Shown here: positions 1 through 10,588 of the stretch, piece by piece | Layout: each line of letters opens with the position of its first letter | Position numbering within the stretch: the first letter of the stretch is position 1 | Virus record (IMG/VR): IMGVR_UViG_2548876945_000012 | DNA: 24,914 bases | Direction: 5' to 3' (one strand) | From: a virus | Taxonomy: Duplodnaviria > Heunggongvirae > Uroviricota > Caudoviricetes | Program-made: the position numbers and the translations under genes | The notes under the pieces: model-generated | The model's database searches: none | Told to the model about the DNA's origin: nothing | What the model saw: the letters and a program-made list of their open reading frames with translations, nothing else

Positions 1-303
1 TTCTCCCAAACCAAGGTTTTCGAGAGCCGTTTGCACAGTGCCATCCGATTTGATATCGCCAAACGGATTCTTGCGGCTTAACAGCAGCGCACGAAGTGCG
101 GTAAGCATCTGGTCATGCCGCCCTTTCTCCAGGCTGGCACCGGAGGCCTCCACCACGCTACAAAGTTCTTCCTGCAACATGTCAAAGTAGTCATCATCCA
201 GATCGGTGGCAGGTGTGCCGGTCTGGGGGTTACCACGGGTAAAACCGTTCTTACCCGCGCCGAACTTATCCTTCTGCGCGGTTTTCGTGTCTATACGATG
301 CAT
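1..303 (-). CDS. Phage tail fibre protein, N-terminal part only (gene runs off the window start)
   Basis: Reverse complement of 241..303 reads ATG CAT CGT ATA GAC ACG AAA = [21 protein letters not shown], a conserved N-terminus of enterobacterial prophage side tail fibres as I recall it; no stop before position 1. Sits at the end of the baseplate module. Confidence 0.65.
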   Translation of the reverse strand, partial: MHRIDTKTAQKDKFGAGKNGFTRGNPQTGTPATDLDDDYFDMLQEELCSVVEASGASLEKGRHDQMLTALRALLLSRKNPFGDIKSDGTVQTALENLGLGE

Positions 304-306
304 GGA

Positions 307-891
307 TTACTCCGGATATTTAAAAATTACGTAGGTATGCGAAGGGCAGAGTTTGTTAAGCACGCACTCGACAACGGTGTCGCCCCAGATACGCAGTGCG
401 GAATCACAGGGATCGCCACATGTCATCCAGGTGGTGTTGGTGGCGGCTGGCATGTTGACCTGCCAGTAATACCGCCATTCCGGCGCATTCACTGCGTCAG
501 TACAGGCCGATGAGCAGGTGAACGTGCTTTTATCGTATCGCGTGATAGTAGCGTCTGGTCTGCCCAGGGCAGCAAGCTGTGCAAGGTAAAAATCCTCATT
601 GATGCCGCCCGCCAGATTAACCTTCGCATCCAGCCGTTGCTGACGCTGGCGAAGGGTCTGTGTCCCTGCGGGAATACATTCATCCGGCAGACCGCACAGA
701 CGCTCCCAGCGGTTTATCAGTTCAGTGGTGGTGCGCGGATCCAGCTCCCGCATCAGGGCATCCGCACGCTGATGAACGCGGGTTAATGAAGGTGCCGCAC
801 CGGCAATCGCCGGATCGCTGGCTGACCATGCAGGACCGGGCGGCAACAGTGCCGATAACAGGCGGATGTAATCATCGTTTGTCACGTCCAT
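307..891 (-). CDS. Mu gp48-like tail/baseplate protein (DUF2313/YmfQ-like)
   Basis: 194-aa ORF with ATG at 891..889; size and position (last gene before the tail fibre) match Mu-like baseplate modules. Family assignment is from memory, not a search. Confidence 0.55.
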   Translation of the reverse strand: MDVTNDDYIRLLSALLPPGPAWSASDPAIAGAAPSLTRVHQRADALMRELDPRTTTELINRWERLCGLPDECIPAGTQTLRQRQQRLDAKVNLAGGINEDFYLAQLAALGRPDATITRYDKSTFTCSSACTDAVNAPEWRYYWQVNMPAATNTTWMTCGDPCDSALRIWGDTVVECVLNKLCPSHTYVIFKYPE

Positions 892-1940
892 GAAATCGTC
901 CCCAGAACCGCCAGTTCATTTTTTGCAATGGAGATATTGTCCGCCGGGGCAAGCAACTGATGGCTGTATTCCCCGTTCGCACCGGAAATCGCCTCACTGA
1001 TACGCGATACCTTCAGTTCTCCCTGAGGATAACCATCACGCAGCAGGAACGAACGCAACTCTGCGGTGATGGCAGCCCGTATTTCCGGTGTGTCCGGCGT
1101 CACGCGGATATGAAAATCCACTTTATGCGCCACCGGCCTGAATACATACAAATCAGAGCCTGCCACCGGGGCCAGTGGCTCAATGTGTTGTCTTGCCGCC
1201 GTTTCCGTTGATTCTTCCGGAATGGGATTAATCAGGTCACTGCTGGCAATCATCACACCGACAGTTCCCGTTCCCATCCAGTGACGGTATGTCCATGCGC
1301 GGGTAATGCCGGGCACTTCTTTAGCCCAGACGACATAGTCCACGTCAGCCCCGCCCTGCGGCGTCCAGTAATACCGCTCAATGATGCGGGCGCGCCACGT
1401 TTCCAGATCTTCAGTATCAAATCCGCCTGTCAGGGTGTCAGCCACACCGGAAGACGGCAGACCATTCACCGGCGTGACCAGGATTAATGACGTACCGTCG
1501 TCAGCGTTACCGACCGCGCCTGAACTTGAGCAGGCGATCGGCACGCGCAGGACACCACCGGAGCTGGTTGCATCGGCAGTTGCCGTGTACTGAACCAGGT
1601 CATCGCGCTGAATAACACTCCCGGCGGTCACCTTCAGGCCATCGCTGACACCTTCCCAGCGCATATACCCGCTGGCAGCCGTGGCCCCCTTGCGCGGACA
1701 CCGTTTCATCGCAGCATGTCGCGCCAGCCAGGACTCATCGCACAGGTCAGGCAGCATGTTCATTGCCAGATAATCGATGTAACCGTAAACCGTATGCAGC
1801 GCCGCCGCATACACCTTTGCCCGCACGTCTTCATCCATGCGCCGGAGCGTGTCGCTGACGTCCAGCCTGGCGAATAAATCGTTACGGAGCATACTGATAT
1901 TTTCTGCCAGCGTCGGGCGCTGAAATTCACTGTCCGCCAT
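882..1940 (-). CDS. Baseplate J-like protein (Mu gp47-like)
   Basis: 352-aa ORF, ATG at 1940..1938, overlaps flanking genes by a few nt (operon-style coupling); size and order fit the baseplate J family. Confidence 0.65.
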   Translation of the reverse strand: MADSEFQRPTLAENISMLRNDLFARLDVSDTLRRMDEDVRAKVYAAALHTVYGYIDYLAMNMLPDLCDESWLARHAAMKRCPRKGATAASGYMRWEGVSDGLKVTAGSVIQRDDLVQYTATADATSSGGVLRVPIACSSSGAVGNADDGTSLILVTPVNGLPSSGVADTLTGGFDTEDLETWRARIIERYYWTPQGGADVDYVVWAKEVPGITRAWTYRHWMGTGTVGVMIASSDLINPIPEESTETAARQHIEPLAPVAGSDLYVFRPVAHKVDFHIRVTPDTPEIRAAITAELRSFLLRDGYPQGELKVSRISEAISGANGEYSHQLLAPADNISIAKNELAVLGTISWT

Positions 1941-2355
1941 GCGTTATCGCACTCCACAGATCATCAAAAGAAATCATTACCGGTCCGTCACGACGCCAGA
2001 GAGTGATACTGTTACCCAGTTCATTAATCCCGGTGCGGCGGATATCCAGATCAATACGGGACACCACGCCATCATCAATCATCCATTGCAGGCATTCGCG
2101 GATATACCCCCTTACCGTCTGCACCAGCTGATTGGTCAGTTTGCTGCGCTGAAGCAGCCACAGTCGGGAGCCGTAACGGTCATTCTGTACCGCAGGCCAG
2201 GTATCCCCCCACCATCCCATCGGGACGTCGGCGTTGTCATCAGGCTCCGCCCGCCGCCAGGTAAACAGGGAAATCACCACGGAGCGGGTCAGCGGATCCA
2301 GCGGTGCGCTGGCGCAGGTGCGTTTACCGTTCACCGTCAGCCACAGTTCCATCAT
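1927..2355 (-). CDS. Phage GP46-like baseplate protein
   Basis: 142-aa ORF; ATGA start/stop overlap with the upstream gene at 2352..2355; size and order match Mu gp46. Confidence 0.5.
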   Translation of the reverse strand: MMELWLTVNGKRTCASAPLDPLTRSVVISLFTWRRAEPDDNADVPMGWWGDTWPAVQNDRYGSRLWLLQRSKLTNQLVQTVRGYIRECLQWMIDDGVVSRIDLDIRRTGINELGNSITLWRRDGPVMISFDDLWSAITHGGQ

Positions 2356-2900
2356 GCCTCCATCGCTTTATCCGGTTTGTCGGTGTTACTGCCCTGACCG
2401 TTCTCTCTGTGACGATGCCCGTTATAGGCAAGCCGCATCGCTGACATGGTGGTGCCGCCGGAGTCGCACAGGTCTTTCACCTGTCCGGTCACTTCCAGGT
2501 CCATTTCAAAACGTGCTTCAGGTGCATTGCGAAACGTGATCGTTTTACCTGCACCGTCCACCACGATCCCCTCCCGGGTCAGCGTCACGGACTGCCCCTG
2601 ATCGTCATAGACAGCCACCTCACCCGTCTGCAGCCCTTTCAGGCGGTAGCGACGGTCCGACACCGTAACAACCACCGCATGAGAACGGTCGCCATCCGGA
2701 AACAACACCACCGCTTCCGCACCGCTGTTTGCCCTTGCGGTAAAACCGTAGGGTTCAAGATGTTCAACCCCGGCTTTGGGTTCACCGGCAATCAGGGACA
2801 CATCCACGGTCTGACATTTCGTGGCGGCACTGATGCTTTTCACCACGGCCCGCCCAATCAGGCCGAGGAGTTGTCGCTGCATGGCTTCAATCGTCCTCAT
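2352..2900 (-). CDS. Baseplate assembly protein V / spike (Mu gp45-like)
   Basis: 182-aa ORF, ATG at 2900..2898 overlapping the upstream stop (ATGA); N-terminal sequence resembles gpV-type spike proteins. Confidence 0.6.
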   Translation of the reverse strand: MRTIEAMQRQLLGLIGRAVVKSISAATKCQTVDVSLIAGEPKAGVEHLEPYGFTARANSGAEAVVLFPDGDRSHAVVVTVSDRRYRLKGLQTGEVAVYDDQGQSVTLTREGIVVDGAGKTITFRNAPEARFEMDLEVTGQVKDLCDSGGTTMSAMRLAYNGHRHRENGQGSNTDKPDKAMEA

Positions 2901-3979
2901 CAGAACGGGTCCTCCTGTACTCTGGCTTTTTTCTTTTTCCGCGCGCCGGGGGCTTCGGGTTCAGGCAGATAAGCATCAGGCGGGCCGACACGGATTTCCG
3001 TCAGGGTGCCGTTCTGGTCCTGAGTAAACGTGACTTCCGAAACAAGCAGTTCGGTATTGTCGAAACCACAGACCGGATCAAAGACAATCACCCGCTGGTT
3101 GGGCTGCCACAGCGTACCGTTACCCTGTCGCCAGCCCTGCACCACATAGGTGGTTTCATCCGTCCGCGCCGCCCGTTGTCGGGCTTCAAAGTCCGCACGG
3201 GCAATACAACCTGCCCCCGTAGCCTGCCCTGTCTGCCTGATATACATCGGACGGTAACGGGCAATAAATGCGTCCTCTGTGCGGGCCCGCAGCGCGGTGG
3301 TGGTGGCCTCACCGAAATCATCGTCGTTTCCGGCACGCTGCCCCGCCACCTGGTAAACAGAAAATCGCTCCCGGATACTCTTCTCCGTATCGCAGGAAAG
3401 GATGTTTTCCCCGAGTACCAGCGCGGTATGTGCCCGCGTTGAGCCAATACCGCCAATCACCAGCCTGCCGTGCGGGTCGTCATAAGCCAGCGCCTGCTGC
3501 TGACCGAGTATTTTGTTAATCACCTCGATCACCGTTTCACCGTGATCAGGCTGGACATCAGGAATAACACCCGACGGCGCACCGCTGTTCACCACCTCAA
3601 TGCCGAAGGGCGCAGCAAGCGCCTGCGCAATCTGTACCAGTGATCGTCCGTTAAACTGTGTCGGTTCGGCTGCACAGTCAATCAGGTCAGCAGTCAGACT
3701 GCGTCCGGCAATACCGGTGCTGACCGAACGGGCATCGTAACGAACGGGCGTCGCCTCCACCCAGCCGGTGATCACCCGCTCATCACCAATCAGCACCTCC
3801 ACTTTTGAACCGTTTTTAATGCGCGGCTGAAGCGTGGTAATACCCTCATCACCCGGCCACTGGCGGGTGATCTCCACACTGAAATCCCGCGCCAGCCGTT
3901 CAATACCGGCACCGATGCGCACCGATGTCCAGCCATTCCACTCCCGGCCATTTACCCGTAGCGTGACATTGTCGTTCAT
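2900..3979 (-). CDS. Mu gp44 (P)-like baseplate hub / tail protein
   Basis: 359-aa ORF, ATGA overlap with upstream gene at 3976..3979; size and order consistent with Mu P-like protein. Confidence 0.5.
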   Translation of the reverse strand: MNDNVTLRVNGREWNGWTSVRIGAGIERLARDFSVEITRQWPGDEGITTLQPRIKNGSKVEVLIGDERVITGWVEATPVRYDARSVSTGIAGRSLTADLIDCAAEPTQFNGRSLVQIAQALAAPFGIEVVNSGAPSGVIPDVQPDHGETVIEVINKILGQQQALAYDDPHGRLVIGGIGSTRAHTALVLGENILSCDTEKSIRERFSVYQVAGQRAGNDDDFGEATTTALRARTEDAFIARYRPMYIRQTGQATGAGCIARADFEARQRAARTDETTYVVQGWRQGNGTLWQPNQRVIVFDPVCGFDNTELLVSEVTFTQDQNGTLTEIRVGPPDAYLPEPEAPGARKKKKARVQEDPF

Positions 3980-5247
3980 TGCACTGGCACCTTCAGAGGG
4001 ATCACCGGCACAAAGCCGGGATGCGTAATGGCATTACGCCGGATAATGTCCGCGTCACGCGCCGCGTTATCAAACCAGGTCGCCGCCAGCACCAGCGCGG
4101 GTAAAACCTCATCCGGTGTGCGCTGAATGATCCGTGCAGACTGTTCAAGGCGCGTGTTGATATCCGCATTCAGATCTGCTTTCACCCGGCGCAGCGCCAG
4201 AAACAGCGCATCGCTGGTTGTACGGGACAACTCCTTATCAATTGCCGTATTCAGTGTGTCGCGAATGTCAGTCAGTTCTTCCCACGTCGGCAGGTCAACC
4301 GTGTTTTTCACCGCCGGTGCATTGTTCAGTGCCGGATGCGTGACGGAAGGCCAGCCAGTGCTCTGCGCGGGTGTTGTTGCCTGCCCCACTGTGGCATTCT
4401 GCATCACCGCGGAAGTTGTTGGCGCAGGCAATCGGATGACGGCATACGCCGCTTCGCTGATTGCGGTCGTACGAAGGGTGCTGGCAACCACGTTACGCTG
4501 CTGCGTCGCCGTGGCGGTGGTTTTACTGTCCGTTTTCCAGACGCCACGCGGTTGCAGATCGCTGCCGAGGCTGACACCGGAAAGCGTTTTGATCATGGTG
4601 ACCAGGTCGCTGGCGTTACCATAAAGGCGTTTCCCGGTACGCCACATTTTCTGCACCTGCTCAACGAAATTTTTGCCTGACGATGGCGGCGGCAGAAGTA
4701 CCGAGATATCACCCTGCAACAGCCTGGCGGCATCCGATACGGCAGAATCCACCACTTTCATCGCATCAGAAACATACCCAAGCATTGTGCTGGCATTACC
4801 GATAACGTCGTTCTGCACAAAATCCGCCACGCCATCGATACTGAAACCGCTGAAGCTGTCACTGATGCAGTCATCCAGTGCAGAACAGGATGACATCAGC
4901 GTCTGCGCCGTCGCCACGCCTGATGTGGGGTAAGAGAGATCTCCCGCTTCGACAAACTTCAGGTCAAAGCGGACAATACGCCCTTCACTCTTCGATGTGC
5001 TGACCCGAACTTCCCCGTCAACACAGACTTTCAACTCACCGTATGTCGGGTGGACAAGCGTGCCGGGACCGGGTTTATTCAGCGCGTCAATCAGGCGATC
5101 GCGCTGGTCAAAGCAGTCATCTCCCACCACATAAGCCGTGATGGACGGGCGGAAAGTGACTTTTCCCAGATCTTCGGTATAGGGTTTGTCGCGGTTCGGA
5201 TACCACACAACCGGGATCGACGGGCAGCAGTTCAGCCACTTCGCCAA
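3976..5247 (-). pseudogene. DNA circulation protein (Mu gp43/N-like), apparently N-terminally truncated at a deletion junction
   Basis: 423-aa ORF lying where gp43 sits in Mu-like tail modules. Its 5' end overlaps, in another frame, the 3' end of the portal-fragment ORF, and there is no tape-measure gene upstream. The ATG at 5247 is probably fortuitous. Confidence 0.45.
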
Positions 5248-5608
5248 ATGCTTTCACTTTGTAGGCGTAAAAGTTTCCCCGCAGACACAGACAGGTGACC
5301 ACCAGCTCCCAGAACTCCTGCGGCGTCATATAGCCATTGGGATGCGTGGAGATCAGCTTATGCAGACGTTCGCCGGTGGCCCTCTGTTTCAGGCTGCCGT
5401 TCAGGTGATACAGATTGCAGGGCAACATCCCGACCGACTCTGCCAGCACCCTGACGCAGGAAAAAACCGCCGTCAGTCGCATGGCCCGCTGGCTGCTGAT
5501 CTGCTTTCCGGTATAGGTGTCATATGACAGCCCGATAGCCTCCGCCAGCTCTGCTGGCGTGGTCACCGGTGCGTCACTTTTTCGTTGAAATAATCCCGAA
5601 AAGAACAC
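5117..5608 (-). pseudogene. Portal protein (HK97 family), N-terminal ~125 codons only, then out-of-frame read-through
   Basis: Translation MFFSGLFQRKSDAP...LRGNFYAYKVKAFGEVAEL looks like an HK97-type portal N-terminus; resemblance is lost near 5215..5230 and the ORF stops at 5117. GTG start at 5608 preceded by GGAGG, overlapping the upstream stop by 1 nt. Confidence 0.55.
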
Positions 5609-5790
5609 TATTTACCTCCGCCGACAGACGACTGTGTACGGTCGAGATATCGCGCCACCAGCCACGACCAGAACAGGCACAGCGCCCCGGCAACAACAAA
5701 ACCCGCCGGGGGATAAATCAGCCAGGCACCATACGCCAGCAAAAGCGCACCCAGCACGCCCACCAGAGGCGCGAAAATCAGCATGATCAT
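5608..5790 (-). CDS. Small membrane protein (two predicted TM helices), unknown function
   Basis: 60-aa ORF, ATG at 5790..5788 preceded by GAGGT; hydrophobic throughout; lies between TerL and the portal fragment. Confidence 0.45.
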   Translation of the reverse strand: MIMLIFAPLVGVLGALLLAYGAWLIYPPAGFVVAGALCLFWSWLVARYLDRTQSSVGGGK

Positions 5791-5801
5791 AATTACCTCA
5801 G

Positions 5802-7535
5802 TTAAAGCGAGCGGATCCCGTAGGACTCAATGTGATCAGACAGCGTGTCTTCTTTCTCGTACAGCATGGCTCTGCCAACCGCCATAATCAGCGCAACTGC
5901 ACCATCGATTTTGTTTTCCGCCTGCTCTTTGACAGGCTTCACCACATCATCGTTACCCGGAATGGTTTTGCCGACCACGTTGCCGATACACCAGGTCATG
6001 ATGGGATTGCCATCATGATGAAAGCGCCCCGATTCAATTGCCGCTTCCAGCTCTTTCATCGGGTCGGACATGTTGGTGTAGTTCTGAATGATGGTGACGG
6101 GGTTCAGGTCTTCATCAGCAAGGTCATGTGAGAGCCCGGTCGCCCCGAAGGGGTCGATGGGTGACTCACTGACCGGGCTGATTTTGTTCGCCGCTTTGGC
6201 CTCCTCGAGGATGTAGCGATAATCCACCTCCGCACCATCGGTAACGGTCAGAACGCCCATTTCCACCCATTTCTGAAAGCGTTCGGCTGTCCGTCGATCT
6301 TCATTTTTCTCGACGCTGTACACCGTGTCATACGGTACCCAGAAACGCGGGGCCACACTGTAGTAATGCGTTTTACCGTCAATCTCGCGGGTATAAAGTC
6401 GCGCCATGCTGTTCATATCCAGCTTACGCGCCAGGTCAAAGGCCAGAATGCACGGCTGCCCCTCGAACTGCTCAAGGGTCAGTGATTTATCCTCGCAGCT
6501 CTGCCAGCTCACCAGGTTGAAATACGCCGAACGCGCCGACACCCAGATATTGAGGTGTTTTGTTTTAAAGACGTTTGCCAGACGGGCGTTATTTTTCGCA
6601 CGCTGCTGCTGACTTAACAAAAATTCGCGATAAACCGACACGCCAATATTTGGATTGGCTTTTTCCAGCACCTGCGGGTCGGTCCAGTCGTCACCTTCAT
6701 CAACGGTATAGATGATCCCGAACAGTTCATCGTTTGGTACCGAACCGTTGAGCATCTCGATGACTTCCCGCCGTTTGTCGTAGCACGGCCCCTCAATGTT
6801 GTACCCGGCGGTGGTGATAGCCCACATCAGTGGCTGACGTCGCGCCCCCATCCCGGTAAGCATCGTGGTATAAAGCGCATCGGTGGCGTGCTCGTGATAT
6901 TCATCCACCACCGCACAGTGGGGCGATGAACCATCACCGGGGTTACCGATCAGCGGTTCAAACCGCGCGCCATCCTCCGGACGGTTCATGTTTGAGGCGT
7001 TAACCTCAATCCCGAACGCTTCCGTCAGCATGGGCGTGCGTTTACACATCAGTCTTGCCGGACGAAAGACTTCCCATGCCTGTTTCTCCGTCGTGGCACC
7101 GGAATACACTTCTGCGCCGAACTCGTTATCACAGGCAAAACAATACAGGGCGACACCGGCAGAGATTGCCGATTTGCCGTTCTTACGGGGGATTTCGGTA
7201 TACACCTCACGGAAGCGGCGCAGCCGGGAGCCTTTATTGACCCAGCCAAACGCACAGCAGATCACAAAGAGCTGCCACGGCTCCAGCGTGATGGGCATTC
7301 TCTTGAATGCCCACTCACCCTTGGTGTGCGGCAACAGCTGAATAAATTTGGCGGCCCGTTCAGCCAGGTCCTTGTCGAAGCGGTAACGAAACGACTTACT
7401 TTTTTCCGCCATCAGGTCATCAAGATGGCGCTGGCAGACCTGAATCACAAACTGGCAGGCCACAATCTTTCCGCGCACAACATCACGGGCATACTGATTG
7501 GCAGCATTTACGTTGGGGTAAGATTTCCGGCTCAT
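5802..7535 (-). CDS. Terminase large subunit
   Basis: 577-aa ORF; ATG at 7535 overlaps the TerS stop (ATGA); sequence and length typical of phage TerL. Confidence 0.85.
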   Translation of the reverse strand: MSRKSYPNVNAANQYARDVVRGKIVACQFVIQVCQRHLDDLMAEKSKSFRYRFDKDLAERAAKFIQLLPHTKGEWAFKRMPITLEPWQLFVICCAFGWVNKGSRLRRFREVYTEIPRKNGKSAISAGVALYCFACDNEFGAEVYSGATTEKQAWEVFRPARLMCKRTPMLTEAFGIEVNASNMNRPEDGARFEPLIGNPGDGSSPHCAVVDEYHEHATDALYTTMLTGMGARRQPLMWAITTAGYNIEGPCYDKRREVIEMLNGSVPNDELFGIIYTVDEGDDWTDPQVLEKANPNIGVSVYREFLLSQQQRAKNNARLANVFKTKHLNIWVSARSAYFNLVSWQSCEDKSLTLEQFEGQPCILAFDLARKLDMNSMARLYTREIDGKTHYYSVAPRFWVPYDTVYSVEKNEDRRTAERFQKWVEMGVLTVTDGAEVDYRYILEEAKAANKISPVSESPIDPFGATGLSHDLADEDLNPVTIIQNYTNMSDPMKELEAAIESGRFHHDGNPIMTWCIGNVVGKTIPGNDDVVKPVKEQAENKIDGAVALIMAVGRAMLYEKEDTLSDHIESYGIRSL

Positions 7536-8026
7536 GACTCGATGATTTTCAGAAACGGGTTAGTGGCTTTCTTCTGCCCCGCCAGGCCAATCAGACGCTG
7601 GCGGCTGCTGGGGTCGAGTCCGAGCATTGCCCCCGTGCTGCTCATCTCGGACTCCTGTTCTTTTTTGGCGGTCAGCTCCGGATTTTTGACCCTGCCGCCC
7701 ATTGCACCGGTGATGGTGTTGCCCTGTATGGCAATATTTTTCACGGCACGTCGCCAGAACTCGTAGGCCACGCACCACCGCTCAAGCACCGCGAGGTCAG
7801 TCACGCACAGCAGGCCCTGACCGCAGAGTTCTTTGGCTGTCAGTTGCCACATGATCGTGGCGAGAGGGAGATCTTCTTCAGCGAACCACTCCGGTGGCTC
7901 AACACCTTTGATGGGCGTAAAAACAGGTTCATCTTTATTCAGGGCTCGCTTGCCGGGGTTTCCGGCCAGCGCCTTGCGCGCCGTTGGCTTGGGGCGACGC
8001 TCGGAACGCCCCGCCGTTCCAGCCAT
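7532..8026 (-). CDS. Terminase small subunit (P27 family-like)
   Basis: ORF 7532..8035 begins with GTG; the ATG at 8026..8024 with AGGAG 8 nt upstream is the likelier start (164 aa). Immediately upstream of TerL, downstream of HNH. Confidence 0.7.
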   Translation of the reverse strand: MAGTAGRSERRPKPTARKALAGNPGKRALNKDEPVFTPIKGVEPPEWFAEEDLPLATIMWQLTAKELCGQGLLCVTDLAVLERWCVAYEFWRRAVKNIAIQGNTITGAMGGRVKNPELTAKKEQESEMSSTGAMLGLDPSSRQRLIGLAGQKKATNPFLKIIES

Positions 8027-8151
8027 ATGCGGCACTCCTGGTTAAATTTCATTTTTCGCGGGTATAAAAAAACGATGGGGCGGGCAGTCCGGAAGACGTC
8101 AGGTCACAGGGATTTGACCCGCCCCTCCCCTCTGGCAGTAGGAACTGGTTC

Positions 8152-8502
8152 TTACTTCAACCGTTCACGGGCCGTCTTCGCCTTATGACACGGCCAGCAC
8201 AGGCTCTGCAGATTGCTGTCGGCATCAGTGCCGCCATGCGCTTTAGGGATGATGTGGTCAACGGTTTTCGCCTCGCGCACCACACTGGCACGCAAACACA
8301 ACTGACACAGGCCTTTGTCACGCTTCAGTACACGCCCCCGGATAACATCCCATTTCGAACCATAACCGCGCTGGTGTCGGGACTGGCCTGGCTTGTATTG
8401 CTTCCAGCCTTTGCTTTTGTGGCTTTCGCAATAGCCTGACGGGTCAGTCGTGGTATGGCGGCAGCCGCGAACGCGGCAGGCTTTTGGGGTTCGTGGAGGC
8501 AT
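8152..8502 (-). CDS. HNH endonuclease (terminase-associated)
   Basis: 116-aa protein with Cys pairs (CRVRGC...C...C, CQLC, CWPCH) and a DHIIPKAHGG motif typical of HNH nucleases; HNH-TerS-TerL order as in HK97-like phages. Confidence 0.8.
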   Translation of the reverse strand: MPPRTPKACRVRGCRHTTTDPSGYCESHKSKGWKQYKPGQSRHQRGYGSKWDVIRGRVLKRDKGLCQLCLRASVVREAKTVDHIIPKAHGGTDADSNLQSLCWPCHKAKTARERLK

Positions 8503-8629
8503 CTATTATCCCTGTAGTTTTCGTTAAATATCTAACCATAACTGCAATCAAAAACCGCTTTAACACGGTTTGTTAAATAGACTTTTCAATCCAATGAACA
8601 AACGGCAAATAAATACCAATCGTTAATTT

Positions 8630-9085
8630 TCATTTGAATACAAACGGTTCTGAAAGAATATTATGACAAATATATTTCGCCTGAATGCTATTATCTCTCA
8701 TTCTAATATATTCTTTGTGGGCAACAGATAAAGAACGACAACCGCTGTTTACACTTGGGTATTTTTCCAACATATGCTCGCATATCAAAAAAGCATTATT
8801 AATAGCATTTAATTTATGGCTTAACTCTCGTAGCTCGGCTCTTTTTTCAATACGAACATTACGACTAAGAGATAAAGGTAGCTGTGATAATGCATTTGAA
8901 TAATCAGCCACTGCCATTTTCAGAGCCATTTTGGCCTTCAGAGCCTCCTGTCGCCGCCAAACATTCATTGCCCAAAAACCTAATATAACAGTTAAAATTG
9001 AACCTAAAGCCGATACAACTGAACCTAAAGCCGATACAGCAGACCACTCTGTTCCCGAATGCCAGTTAAGTAATGTATGCCACAT
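8630..9085 (-). CDS. Hypothetical membrane protein (moron), unknown function
   Basis: ORF 8630..9097 starts with GTG; ATG at 9085..9083 has GGAGG 6 nt upstream (151 aa: MWHTLLNW...). One N-terminal TM helix then a charged, probably helical domain. AT-rich by eye, with AT-rich non-coding flanks. Confidence 0.5.
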   Translation of the reverse strand: MWHTLLNWHSGTEWSAVSALGSVVSALGSILTVILGFWAMNVWRRQEALKAKMALKMAVADYSNALSQLPLSLSRNVRIEKRAELRELSHKLNAINNAFLICEHMLEKYPSVNSGCRSLSVAHKEYIRMRDNSIQAKYICHNILSEPFVFK

Positions 9086-9418
9086 AATAACCTCCACTTA
9101 ATGAAAAGGTTATTTTATCGTAACTAAGCACCACAGGCACTATCTAAAGATTAGATGCCCTACCAGTTGTACCATCGATAATCCGCACAAAAATGATACG
9201 TAATGAACCAACTGATAACTAACTCTGCTATGCACATTTTTAATCATCAACAAACGATTTGTATTAACTTCCTCTCTCATACTAGCCCAAAAGGTTGGGC
9301 TAATAATTAATCACGATACATATTCTATGTGATGACATACTTTATGTAAGCTTTTACATTACACTATAGAAGCTGGAGCACCTAAACTTTATGCATCATA
9401 TCTTTATAATAAATAACA

Positions 9419-9697
9419 TCACTCTGGATATTTATACTTTGAATGCAAAATAGCGCGCCGTGATTCAATATTTCTGATTCCGGTTTTATCAAAATTACAT
9501 TGTCCTAACGCTGACAACAGAGCCACATTCAACTCCAGACTAGCACCATATGTCAGTGAACTGGGTATAATTGGAATCGGTGTTTCAGAAGTCAGGCTGG
9601 CTGGCAGTGGTGCCGCCGGAATGTTCACGTAAACTGTCCGCGTACTTCCGCAACCGGTCAGCAGCGGTAGCAGGCACAGGACGTGAAGCGCAATCAT
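9419..9697 (-). CDS. Rz1-like o-spanin (lipoprotein)
   Basis: Frame overlapping the 3' part of Rz; internal Met gives MIALHVLCLLPLLTGCGS with lipobox LTGC followed by a proline-rich segment. Start codon uncertain. Confidence 0.55.
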   Translation of the reverse strand: MIALHVLCLLPLLTGCGSTRTVYVNIPAAPLPASLTSETPIPIIPSSLTYGASLELNVALLSALGQCNFDKTGIRNIESRRAILHSKYKYPE

Positions 9698-9977
9698 CAC
9701 TCGCAACAGCCACTTTGATATATTCCTGGGTTCTCTGTGACTCCAGTGCGATCTGCTGTTTTGCATGTTGATTCGCCTCCTGAATGATGTTCGTTATTGC
9801 CATAGTACGCAGAACATTCGCGGTGATAGCCTCAGTAGAATCAGCTCTCTGTTCCGCAGCGTCAGCACGCTTCTGCTCCTCCAGAAACTTTCCATGATAG
9901 TGATTCGCTGACCAGACAAGACCACCAGCAACACAAGCAATAAACGTTAAAATGAGCGCCCAATAACTCATCTTCAT
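9585..9977 (-). CDS. Rz-like i-spanin
   Basis: 130-aa protein with N-terminal TM helix and charged coiled-coil-like remainder; ATGA overlap with the endolysin stop at 9974..9977. Confidence 0.7.
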   Translation of the reverse strand: MKMSYWALILTFIACVAGGLVWSANHYHGKFLEEQKRADAAEQRADSTEAITANVLRTMAITNIIQEANQHAKQQIALESQRTQEYIKVAVASDDCASRPVPATAADRLRKYADSLREHSGGTTASQPDF

Positions 9978-10588
9978 ACCAGCAGCGCCGCCCGCGCCTT
10001 GTTGTATCGGACCTTACGATCCTCAATACCGTTCAGACCGCCGTTAATGATGCGCGTAACACGGTTAATATCGGCACCGTAGATCATGCAGCCTTTAGAG
10101 GTGTAGAACCATGCAGCTGAGCGCGCCGCCTGTAGCTCCTGTTCCAGTTGTTCAGGTGAAGTCACCAGATCTAACTTCAGCGCCGCACCACAGATGCGAT
10201 AATTATGGAGGCCAGTGATTTGAATTAATCCTCTACCACGATATTTCCAGCCATCACCGGGGGCTTTGTTACCCAGTCGGTTGCTATACACCAGATTGGC
10301 AATAGCATCCTGACGAGCTGCATGTCCGGATGTTCTGCCAAGGGCATCAGCCTGCTGCTGTGTGATCCTCTTTCCGAACGTCGCCACCAGCGCAGATGGT
10401 GTGTAGTTAAAATTTTCAACTACGGCGCTAAACCCCATCGACTCATGGCCTACCTGAGCGATAAACATTGCCTGATCCGCGGGTACTGTAATGCCGAATT
10501 CCTTCATCGCCGCATCAATGTGCGGAAACCAGCGCGCAGCCAGCCCGGCACTAATACCAGCCGCCTTTTGAAATAATTGTTGGTTCAT
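9974..10588 (-). CDS. Endolysin, glycoside hydrolase family 19 (chitinase-like lysozyme)
   Basis: 204-aa protein; sequence typical of GH19-type prophage endolysins as I recall them; start overlaps the holin stop (TAATG). Confidence 0.8.
   Translation of the reverse strand: MNQQLFQKAAGISAGLAARWFPHIDAAMKEFGITVPADQAMFIAQVGHESMGFSAVVENFNYTPSALVATFGKRITQQQADALGRTSGHAARQDAIANLVYSNRLGNKAPGDGWKYRGRGLIQITGLHNYRICGAALKLDLVTSPEQLEQELQAARSAAWFYTSKGCMIYGADINRVTRIINGGLNGIEDRKVRYNKARAALLV

Noticed and set aside
115-513. Plus-strand ORF (132 aa) and many similar plus-strand ORFs across 1..18500 (e.g. 1939..2397, 4127..4624, 7326..7766, 13590..13892, 16844..17068)
   Set aside because: They lie antisense to long, operon-organised minus-strand phage genes with recognisable products, and lack SD sequences or coupling; treated as shadow ORFs.
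3976-5247. Intact gene starting at the ATG at 5247
   Set aside because: The first ~12 codons do not look like a DNA-circulation N-terminus and overlap the portal-fragment frame; more likely a fortuitous start at a deletion junction.
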